DNA from: Raillietiella orientalis
Lineage: Eukaryota
DNA length: 64,000 bases
Reading direction: 5' to 3'
Assembly (NCBI GenBank): GCA_036172245.1
Contig: JAYWIR010000022.1
Location: forward strand, 496,001 to 560,000
The translations under genes were made by a program, and so were the position numbers. Under the pieces are notes generated by a model. It did not search any database. It saw only the letters and a list, made by a program, of their open reading frames with translations, and was not told the origin of the DNA. Of this stretch, positions 40,189-51,004 are shown in pieces; the stretch's first letter is position 1, and each line of letters begins with the position of its first letter.

Positions 40189-41100
40189 AAAACAATTCAA
40201 AGAATTTTGTTTCAACACTGCCTTTGTTCCCCTAAAGCCAGCTATCCGATGGATCCATAACAAAGCAATGTCTTTGGATGTCTATCTTCTTACCCCTAAA
40301 ATGCACGCTTGCATTTCATTATTTGAAATTTCAAGTTCATTCACAGAGATGATAAAGTATGTATGCATGCACTGTGTACACACATACCCAGGGTGTGCAT
40401 TGATGCATACACCACAGGCCTTTATCAATGCCCCTTCACAGGGGATTAGGTATAAATGAATTTTTCGATTCAATTGCCAATTAGGTTTTCAAATACGAAT
40501 CCGTGTTTAGAAATTCCTTCCAGAAATTGAGCAAGTGATCATGAGAAACTATAAAGTATGCAAAGTCCTGATTCACACCTTTATTTTCTAACATCTGAAT
40601 ATTCAGAACCCCAGGAATGAACTGATTCAAGGATGACATTTGATTTTGAAACTTCTGGGACATCAAGTGGCAGCAACCAACTGTTGTGATCAATGGATCA
40701 CACAAAATTAGAGTGGGTGCCCATTTCATTTTTTTGTGGTGCATTGTTCAAACCATTTCATAATGTGGCCTTTCCTTGATTTCCTTGATGAGATGAAAAA
40801 GGACAGCTCTTGGGACTGATTTTTTATGTTTGAAAACCCTTTTTGTAACCCAAATCTTGCATTTAAGATAAAAATGATTTGAACTCTGGGACCTTTGTAC
40901 GTTAGAAAAGATTTTTACACCAGAATTGTCTGTTGTAATGGAATATGCCATGGTGTTTAAGTTTCTTTGCTTGTGTCCTGGTATGCCTATGCAAGTCGGT
41001 GCACACAGCTTTGCGAATGACACAACTAGCTTGGGTCAAGTGACTCAACATGAAATACAAGCATGAGACTCTTTGGAAGAGGACAACCATGTAAAGTCAA
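40189..41100 (-). mobile_element. LINE (I/R1-like, RNase H-containing) relic, copy 2
   Basis: Minus strand WAPTLILCDP...QKFQNQMSSLNQFIPG (RT C-terminus-like), LIPCEGALIKA (cf. aE..AI..A) and IALLWIHRIAGFRGTKAVLK (RNase H). Shares about 72 bp with 38177-38250. Confidence 0.45.
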
Positions 41101-41588
41101 AGTATCAATGATGCTTGAAACCTGGACATTTCATGTATCCACATCAAGCTTCTTGGCTTAATCTGTTTTAAAATCACTTGGAACAAATAAAAAGTCATTC
41201 CAAACCAGTCACATATTATTTTAGATAAGACAAATGTTGAAACACAATGTCCTTGTCAAAACCATCATAACCACTAGGGAGAAGGTTTGCCATCAAACCT
41301 GCAAACAGTATGAAAACTGTCATCCTCACTAACTTTGCACTTTGATATTTCTGAAAATACTTATGGGAAAATACTTTCACTTTCTGAAATTTCTTAACTA
41401 AACAATGATAAATCAATACATATACTTATGGGAAGTACTGGATTATCCCTGTCAAATTTCACATGCACATTCAACTATAAGTGAATCAAAGGAAAAATGA
41501 AATATAACCTGAAGACCCACTAAGTTCATCACTCACATTCACAAGGTTCATCAATAATTTCATATTTTATCTGCTTATTCAGAAAACA

Positions 41589-42686
41589 TTATTTTTTATT
41601 CTGATCAAGAAGATCTTTGGCCTCATTAATTTTTGCAGCCAAATAGGGAGAACCTCCTTTGTCTGGATGATTCAGTATCATAATTCTCTTATGAGCTTCC
41701 TGAAAAATATTTTTATTGCATCCCCAAAACACTTCTACTGACTTTGATTCGTAGCTTGCTAGCACTAGGAGAAACTCCAAGTATTAAACCTGCTTCTCGT
41801 CTGTTCATCTTAGGTTCAAATCCACCTTTGTAATATTTACTGTTAGCAAATGCCTTCATATGTTACATTAAAAAAATGTAACCAACAACAAATCATACCT
41901 GAGATGATACTTGCTTGAAAGCTTCAGATACTTTGACTTCTGGTAGAACTCTGACTAGGTATTTTCCTGCATATGCTAGTGCTGCTAGCCCTAATCCAGC
42001 TAGTACTATGCTTGACTGAAAGGAGAGAAAACTATCACAGCAAGGAAAGCACACAACTGAATCAAGTTTACATGATTAATTTGTATACACCTATTTATAT
42101 GAAATGTAAATGCAGAATTTCAATTGTGTTTTACGGACAAAAACCTGTATCTCAAGCTTATCTTGATGTACGCTAACCAATCAATGCATAATGCTTCTTG
42201 GAAAGACTATGAAATTCAAATGAGAAACACCAGTCTTTGAAGATATGAACTTAACATGTTCATGTATTTAAAAAATGGCACATGTCTCCAAAACATGCAG
42301 ATGAATAGACTGAGAAAGACCTTTTAAATCATCATATATTGAGTAGGAATGCATCATGTCCTGGTGCAGCTACAGACACAAACAGCAACTTCCAAACACA
42401 AATCTTGAAAATTTGCTAGCAAAACATCTGCAACAATCACAATAATTACAACAAAACTGCCAAAAGATGCAGCAAAGGTAGGATAACGAATCAATTGACT
42501 GTAACCAGTAACGAAAATTATTTCTTGGTTCATTCCGGCCCTAAACATATAGGTCGAGAAAAAAAAAAAAACAGGGCCCATGTCCTTTGGAGGGGGGGGG
42601 GAGGGCAAAAACGGTAACGCAACAAACCCGACTCTGGACTTACACAAATTTATTCTGAAATTTTCATTTCTTACAATACTTACCAT
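41589..42686 (-). CDS. DNAJC19: Mitochondrial import motor J-protein Pam18/Tim14 (113 aa)
   Basis: Exon 1 coding part is ATG only (42686-42684, followed by GTAAGT). Exon 2 42015-41899 [39 protein letters not shown]; exon 3 41853-41743 [37 protein letters not shown]; exon 4 41699-41589 [36 protein letters not shown]. Has the HPD J-domain motif and the GGF..KM...EA.LILG signature. Confidence 0.96.
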
Positions 42687-43632
42687 TATTAATTCCCCTA
42701 AGGAAGTAACAAAAGGTTTTGCAACGGGGTCACACAGAAAACAAGTTCCCCAACGAAACACAAGTTTCGATTACTAATCAAACTTTTGCCACCAACTTAT
42801 TGCCTTTAGAAATCATCTTTTGGATGCTTCTACGCTTTACTCTACCTACATTTCCATTACTGGATTTCAAATGAAGGTTTTCTATGTTTACCATAGCTGT
42901 TTGAAACCTGGATGCTCGTCAGCCGTGGAGCGAAGAGGACAGCACGATCCCTGGCAGGCGCAGGGCGCCCCCGGTGCTCGCTTCCGGGAATTCGAATATT
43001 CACGTAGGTGGGCAAATTTGAACGAGCATCCTGTCACCGAGAGAAAATATTTTTCACACCGCAAAAAAAAATATTAGTTTTGCGTAATTTATTCGAGCCT
43101 GCAGTCCAAACTCACACACACACTTCAAACTGCAAGCATAATGCACAAGAACACTTTTTTTCTATGTAGGTGCAGACATAAATAATCAAAGTTTGCATTC
43201 GAATTTCCTAAAAATTGGAAGCTCCGGATGCAGTTTTCAAACGTCATTTCGAAATCTCGATTAGTAACTCTGGGAAAACTTAATTTTTGCTAATTAGTCT
43301 CACAGAGGACTTTCAAAGCGTACGTTGCCTATATATGATGATAAAATTCCCTCTTATAAGTAATGGAAAAGTTGACCAAATTGTCTTTCGTTCGTTAATT
43401 TGAAAGTCGAAACAAATGTTCGATACCCTAGCATATTTGTATGATATTTATTATTAGCTTTACGTATTGCACACCCGTCCCCAAATATATGATCTTCAAT
43501 ACAAGAGATCAATTTAAATCAAGGGAAAAATGAAATATAACATGAAGAAACCTCACCAAGATACGGAGCATCTAGCGGATCAATAATTCCGAAAGCATTA
43601 CTACAAGAACTTGAATCAATCAAGTTTGCATT

Positions 43633-43784
43633 ATCATGAAAACTTGATTCATGCATCAGTTCTGTGCTTTCCTTGCTGTAATAGTTTTCTCTCTTTTCAG
43701 TCAAGCATAGTACTAGCTGGATTAGAACTAGCAGCATTAGCATATGCAGGAAAATAGCTAGTCAGAGTTCTACCAGAAGTCAAA
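43633..43784 (+). pseudogene. Inverted partial duplicate of DNAJC19 (intron 1 3' end, acceptor and most of exon 2)
   Basis: Reverse complement of about 41932-42078. It keeps the TTTTCAG acceptor, but TAC>TAG creates a stop at 43755-43757 and GGG>GAA changes the TM segment; truncated after PEVK. Confidence 0.9.
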
Positions 43785-46700
43785 AGTTTGCTAATTAGCA
43801 CATTGTTGGCTAAAAACGACATCATCTAATTTTGATCCTATGTGAAAACACACAGTTTGTTTTAAAGGACTTTTAAGAAACAGAATGGATAAAATATCTC
43901 GAGTATTTCTGAAGCCTTAAAGAACTTGAAAAGCCAAAATAAAAAAAAAAAGAAAAGGTAACAGTCAAGACTTTCAATCACTAAATCATCTGCAGGTTTA
44001 CATTGAGATCCTTTCAGGTTACCTTTGCAAAAAATCAGAAGATGCCTTCTCGTTCAACGAAAGTTTTGAGAAGTTTAGTCAAAATTCAAATTGAAGATTT
44101 TGTTTGAACCATTTTTGGTGCACACCCTTCCCATGGGTCACTTGCTTATATAGTCAATGGCTTTTGTGTTAGATTCAGTTGCAGGTTTCATTTTTGGTTC
44201 CAGTTTTGTATACGAAGTCGTCCTGAGAATCGAAGCATTTGCAACTAGAATATTTCGGACACTATATGTCCCAATTACTAGAAATGTAAGCGACTTTCAG
44301 CGTTTCTTCATTTGCTGTTGTTGGAGGATGTGAATGTGATCGGAAATATCCATGAAAAAGAAAAAAGAGCTATTTGTAAATTCAACAGTGAATTTTCAAT
44401 GTAAATTGAAAAATGAAGAATATTAGCAAAAATCGGGGAAGCTAGAAAGAAAAAAAAATAATACAGTGAATACGCACAAACTGCCATATAACAATACATG
44501 AATTATAACAGAGTAAAAGTTGTATAAACAGTATACACATACACTGACCGGAATACATCATTTGAATAGCTCCTACATGCATTTTATTTTGCTAAACTAA
44601 TGCCGATACGTAGTGAAATGGAATGGTAACATAACCATGTTTATTAGTCCCCCAAATCTAGAAAGCATCCAAATCAGCAAAATGAGAAGGATCGCTTGTC
44701 CTTTGCCTTCCTTTTTCATGTTCTCCTTTCAAAGCCTGTAACTCGCATGTTTAAATTTTCATTTTCGAATACAGTTTTCACATTTCTGATTGTGAAGTGG
44801 ATAGTTTATTAGTAGCCTGTTTACATAGAGCGAATATGAATTGAGTTTCGTCCTTTTCTCTTCGTCCACCCTCTCTAGCGTGGATTGCCAGATGCATTCT
44901 GACTGATTAGGTATCTTAGGTTTACAGAAGCAAAGCCTAGCTCTCATTCAAAGAAGCGTTCATCTTTTCAACTTTATGTAAAAATGTTTTATGAGACTTT
45001 ATAAGATGGAATGTTTTTTGTTTCTGTTTACAAATCAGGAAAGCCTGCATTGCAATTAAGAATGTACCCCAGGGTCCACCATATCCTACTGTTTCCATCA
45101 ACACGGTTTATTACCTGATTATTATATAGTTTCCTTTAGAAATTGTGCTTTTGATGACCATTTCTGTACTTTGTTCTCTGAAGGAGAACGTTTTTCTATT
45201 CGAGTGGGCAGTTTTCCCTTTATTGGTACATTTATTCATCTACAATTCACTGATAATCATTTTTACTAAGAATTCAATAAACGAAGCTCTCAATTGCAAA
45301 TATTTCTTTAAGTTTAGATGGGCAGCTGGGGAACTACGCTGAATTCTGGCAAGAACCACTTATCTAACAAATCTAGAGATGAATGGATCGTAACGCATTC
45401 CTAAGAGAAAGTTGCCATACATAAACATCACTTAATTTTTTCCTTTTCCAAGGCTGTTCTGTGGAAGTAGTGCAACCCTTTTTTTTCTTTTTGCAAAATT
45501 CAGATAAGTGTTTTGGTAATTAAAAGTTGGTTCACAAAATTCTCGAATTTTGAGAAACGAGTATTTAAAAAAAAAAAAAAAAAACTCCAAAGCAAAAAAA
45601 GAAGAAACGCTTGGAAATGAAAACACTAACGGTAAAAGTGTTTGCTACGTCTGCGTCCACTAAGGATCGAACGAAAATCCATTTCTACTTGCCTCCGTGA
45701 CCACTTCTGCAAACGCAAGAAGGTTTTTAGAGAATCGAAAAGAGGACTTCTGGAGAACTGCTGTTTCATTGTGGGCTTACAACGTGTGTGTTTGTGTGTG
45801 TGTTTTTCTTCTTTCTGCAATGTAAATGTAGGAGAATGTGTAAGAAGGCAAATGAGAAGGAAGAATTTTTTCCTTCTACCTAAAAAACAACCTGCTATAT
45901 TAAGAACTTGGGATTTTCACTTGAATTTGAAGCTGCAAACTTCTCTCTGGAGCTCGTAAGCAAAAGCCTTTGTACATACTCCTAATGTTTTGTCCAAACG
46001 GCAATCAAATGCTTTCAACTTTTCAGCAAAAAACTGCAGTCCCGGGCAAACGGCCCTATCATCATGTTAATCAAGGATAGCAAGGAGCCCTGCCCGCATG
46101 ATTGGAACAAGCATACCCATAGAAACGAAACTTTCACTCCAGCAGAAATTTCAGGCTTCTTTGGCTTGATTAAGAGATGGCTGATGGATCTGTTCTCGTT
46201 TTCCCTCATTAGGTTTAGTTTTGAGACGGCAACTGAAAGGGAAACGCTCGAGGTTCCAGGTTTCAACCCGAGCCATCCTGCGCAGAAACGCAAATAAAGC
46301 TCTTAGTAGGATTCACCCTTTGATGGCTTAGCACGACAGGGATGCCCAAGCAAAATCCACAGACCCAAGGGATTTTTAGAATCATAGAAAAAAAAAAAAA
46401 AAAGACCAACTATTTATTGTTTTTCACACGAAACCTTCAGTCAATAGATGGATTGATTAACCGGAACCATCAAAATAACACTAACCAAAAATCACTTACA
46501 AAGAACACAGAAACAAATATCATACGGAATAAAAATGCATTTGTTCAGACCTGCTGAGCACCAGAAGCAGAGAGTAAGAGGTTAATTTTGGGGGGAGGAT
46601 GAGTGTCAGCCGTTATCGACAAGCCCCTTGATCATCATCTGATGACTGCCTGATCAATGATCTCAATTACCCGAATGTTCAGTTTTTTTTTTTTTGTTGA

Positions 46701-46899
46701 TGGTAGGCATTGCAGCATAATTCAATGCTTAATGATAAGCAGGGAGCATCGAGATTTTTTCCGAACAGAGGCAACAGATGATTTGAGAGCACTGTTTTAT
46801 GTTTCTCGATTTCTCAATTTATTTTATATCTCGACACTGCTCCTATTTACGGAAAAGTAATGAGCAGAAGTCGTTTACGTTGCAAAACTGAGAGTGTCC

Positions 46900-49632
46900 A
46901 TTGAAGGGATCGACTTGACTCGTGTACACATCACGATGTAGCAGATACGGAGACAGTGGTACTGTATTCAGAACTAATCATGAATTGGCTCTAAGAGTGG
47001 ATTAATGAAGGTTTCAGGAGGAAACCAATAGAAGATTCCATTGTACACGGATGACTGCACTCTGATATTACACAGTCGTGTTCATTGATCAAGGAGTAGT
47101 TTCTCCATCACTTAAAAATCGAGTCACACGAAATGACATGAAACCCGTCAAGGAAAGAGGACATGGATCAAATCATGCAACCGCAGTGTGAGTTTTCCGT
47201 ATTTTGCTTTCCTTTACTCTCGTCATCTATGTGAACAAAGATTCCAAAAATCTGCACACCTTACTTTTAGCACTCAAATGAACATCCGGCATTCGTCTTC
47301 GTCTACTAAATTCTTTGGCTGTCAACGCAACGGCAGTGTCGTCCAAAGAGGCGAAGGCGACTGCACAGAGGCCGTCCAAAGATTCTTCTTTCACATGTGC
47401 TGGTGACTGCACTATGAATCGAAGTTTTCTGACCGTGTTTCACATTCGTGGCTGATAAGACGGGGCGGCAGGGCCTGGTACACCGGGATCGTTCCAGGAG
47501 CTTCTCAACATGCTTCCCGTAGGGAAAATGGGGTGAGGGGAAGGGAAGGAGGAGCAGCAGCGTGTCTGTCCGACAACGACCCATCCATCCTGCTCTCGCC
47601 TTTTGGGTTATTTTGTTTCTGTGCCTCGACCTGTGCCCCCACGCGTCGCCAAAGACGATGACGTCGTCTCGACAACGTCGCCTCCGAACAGACCCACTAC
47701 AGTTCCTCAGACACGGGAGGATGCAACTTTCGAGAGGGCTTACGGTCTCGAGATTCCCTCTGGGAGCAAAGGGCCATTGTGTGCTGCAGCGACGGCAAGC
47801 AGGACAGTTACGAGCGCTGCTGCTCGCGAATGAGATGAGCAACATTTAATTGCTTTAAAGCACCGAGGGAAGGAGGTGTTTACTTGGCTATCCGATCACC
47901 TTGATTTGTAGTTAATTTGCAATTTTATCAACAGTCCACTTTAATCAGCAGTGCATTCTCAAACATGCTAGTCATTAAGTGAAACCATCGGCGAATTGAC
48001 TTGACTTCCGAAGAGAGACTTGACTCGTGATTTATTCGAAGTTTGATTTACTTGTAATTCATTTAACTTTCCTGATGTTTAAGAATTAGGAGTGAGCCAA
48101 AGTGGAAATCAAGTTCTGATTTAGCTGATTGGCTTAGGATCCAGGGAGGGGAAAGGAATTCCAAGAACAAAACGCAAGATCTGTGTGAATGATGAGCAGC
48201 ATGCTGACTTTTCTTCGAGATACACAGGGGCGTTCCTTCAAACGCAATAAACATCCAGCACGGAGGGAGTTACAACATCCAGAGGGACAGTGCTTTGCAC
48301 AACGTAAGCAGATGTCGGATAAAGGATAAGGAGGGAGGGGAAGGGAATAAATAAGCAAATAAAAACGATGAGATCACCAATAGCCAGCACTCTATGTCCC
48401 ATTCAGGTAGTCTCCTGGAGATTCATACATGGCCACCTAGTTGCTCCCATTTTTAGGGAGTACGTCATTCCTATGGCCTGTTGACGTAACTGAAGTACCG
48501 GCTTCCCCATTCACTACCTCTCGGACGTAGCAGCAGGGAATGGTGATGGTTGCAGGTGGCAATAAGTCCGTCCACACGGAAAAACTTCCTTAGCAAATCT
48601 TTTGGACTATCCTTCTTCGGATGGTCGAGGGACTCTGCCACGCGCCTCCATCCCGAGCATATAGCCACTCAGAGCTCCACGTGGTGCAGGAAAAATTCCG
48701 AGTCCGCGCCGTTTGCAGCACAGGGAACGCCGCACACCCCGACCACCCATTACAAACCTCCCTAGGGGACCCAGCGTAGAAACAGGAGCAAGTCGTGTTG
48801 AGCTCTGAGGGAACCATTTCAGTCTACACATGGGTAAAGGCCACGAACTCATCCCATTCGTCCGTCGCCGAAGTGCCTTCAGGGCGCGAGAGTCATTCCC
48901 CTCCTCCGGAAACCTGACGAGTTCACGCTGCACGGTGCTCTCATCAATGCCAATCCCTCGCGGCCGAGACCAGCTGCACAGCGTGGTCAGGCACCCGTGT
49001 TCCTTCCGCAGCTCACTCGGTCAGAACCATTCTCCGGAAGTGAGCCTGCGGCTCCGTCCTCAGCAGAGTTAGAGTGCCAAAGCCACAATCCCACTAGAGT
49101 GACGAGATGTTCCTTGAGGTGGGCTTGGGGTCTTTGGGCGTTCCACAAGGAATTCCCGAAGAATAGTTTGTCCTAAACCCGTCTGGCCTCAGATGGGAAG
49201 GGGGGGGGGGGAGGCAAAGAGAAAGAGAGCCGCAAAGGTGTTCCAAACGAAGTCCCGAAGACTGGCGGATGCAAGCAATCATCTGAACGAATGAGTCTTG
49301 GTGTCCTCGAAATGAGATGCACGAGGGACCAGAGGATTCCAAAATATCGTCGCATCATTCATTCATGCCAGGATGGCAAACCGAACCAAAAATCAGGACG
49401 CCAACGCTGTGATACGTTGGTAAGCAAGTAGAGAGATTGCACGGAGCCGATGACTGTCGATGAAAGAATGCGCTTACTTCAGAAGAGTGCTTGTCCTGAC
49501 TGATGTGTGGTCGCCGCGCTTTCCATTCTATCCAGTGTTCCCAGGGAAGGATGGGAAATTCAGTAGAATTTAGGAAAGCCTTGCAAGGTGCCGCCACCTC
49601 ACTGGTTCTTGCCACAATAGGTCAGCGCCATT
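46900..49632 (-). mobile_element. Internally deleted Ty3/Gypsy LTR retrotransposon relic (gag, RT, RNase H)
   Basis: PBS-like TGGCGCTG at 49630-49623 just upstream of gag-like APCKAFLNSTEFPILPWEHW (cf. PPFL...P.IPW..W). RT PRGNLETVSP...CRDDVIVFG (YxDD-type) lies at about 47760-47640, and RNase H AVAFASL...KVCRFL at about 47370-47240. Domain order is correct; LTRs were not identified. Confidence 0.7.
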
Positions 49633-50143
49633 TTTGAGAAGTCGCATTTTTTAAAAGACATGCTTTTCAACTGAGCTATAGCGAGGTGTCGGGTGAGTGT
49701 CAGTCTCCCCGAAGCATGATGCGACACGATGAAGCTTTCGATGGCTACACCTCCCTGCTGGAAGGGGCCCTCTTGTAAAAACTAGAACCGTATAGATGCA
49801 AAGCACGGAACAAAATGAACGAACACAAAGTAGGAACGCAAATGAGAGGATGCTGTAATCTGATCAGATCCGGTTTCATAGGCACATTTTCGTTTCCATC
49901 CACTCATGCCCCCTCATGATGTGTTTCCGTGTGGCCATTCCCTCTTGAATATCGCAAAGAATCTGTTTTATGGGAAGGTTCATCAGTTGGTAGGATCCCA
50001 GGCAATAACCGTGTATATGTCAACGCGATCAGTTTCTTACACTGCGAAATTGGGTTCTTTTTCAAGTGACATTTATCGATGATGTTCTGCAAACAAAAAA
50101 GAAAAAAGGTACTCTTATGAGTATTTTTGTTTCGAGCGTGAAA

Positions 50144-51004
50144 TACCTGATCCCGGTCCCCAGTGTTAGGCGGACCTACCAGCAGCCCAGAGTCACCCTA
50201 CGAAAGATACAAAAATGGAGGAGTGGGTTCTTCCACCACACCAGGATACTACAGCATGTTGACATGATGACGGGGAGGTTCACCCACAGGACCCGCGAAA
50301 TGTGGAAGAACCACAATAACTAAACGTGGCGCAGGGTAACCAAGAAAAATCTACGCCGCATCATCAAAGAAGACAAGAACACCAGTGCCCTCCAGGAGGC
50401 AGCCCATCGCTACGGGGCTGACACACTCAACCTGTTGGCTATAGGGGGGATACTCTGGAGGAGTGACCTACCACCGGACACCCAGAACAACCTCCTCATG
50501 TTCTATCATGGAGGAATCCTGAGCGGGTCCAGAATGAAATACTTTACAAGAGCGAGAGAAGACGAGGGCTGCAAAGCATGCGGGGACGCGGACACAAGGC
50601 TTGACCTTCTCCACAATACATCAAGACTGGCAGACTCTGCAAGAGTCACAGGGCTGCAGAACTATTCGCCAACGGAAGTCCTGGCCAAGATGTTTCAAGG
50701 AACCGGTAACGTTTCTTGTTACAATCCCATGCTTAGGGCGACCATTGCCCTGTTTATTATTACGGCCATCCTAATCAGATGGTGGAAGATGAGGACCAGT
50801 GGAACGGCCGTATCTCCCCTGGAAATCCTGAAAGGGATTATCCGAAGAGAGATCGGCATACGGAATTGTGGTAAAGTGGACATACCGATATATCCTAAAA
50901 AGGATTGGGGTCAATGTCCAAACCCACCCGAACCCACCCTAGTGCACAACCTCAGTGCAGTGACTCCCCGAAGTAACCTTCAAAATGGAAGAAAAAAAAA
51001 ATAG
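50144..51004 (+). mobile_element. 5'-truncated L1/Tx1-like LINE 3' end with zf-RVT-like domain and A-rich tail
   Basis: ORF 50435-51004 contains ILWRSDLPPDTQNNLLMFYHGGILSGSRM...CKACGDADTRLD, the W..lP.....f..h..l....CxxC pattern typical of LINE ORF2 C-termini. It ends in GGAAGAAAAAAAAAA and has an A/C-rich sense strand. Confidence 0.65.

Noticed and set aside
46590..49900. Candidate LTR pair flanking the Gypsy relic (shared TGAGTGTCAG)
   Set aside because: Only a 10-nt match; no extended direct repeat, TG...CA ends or polypurine tract found.
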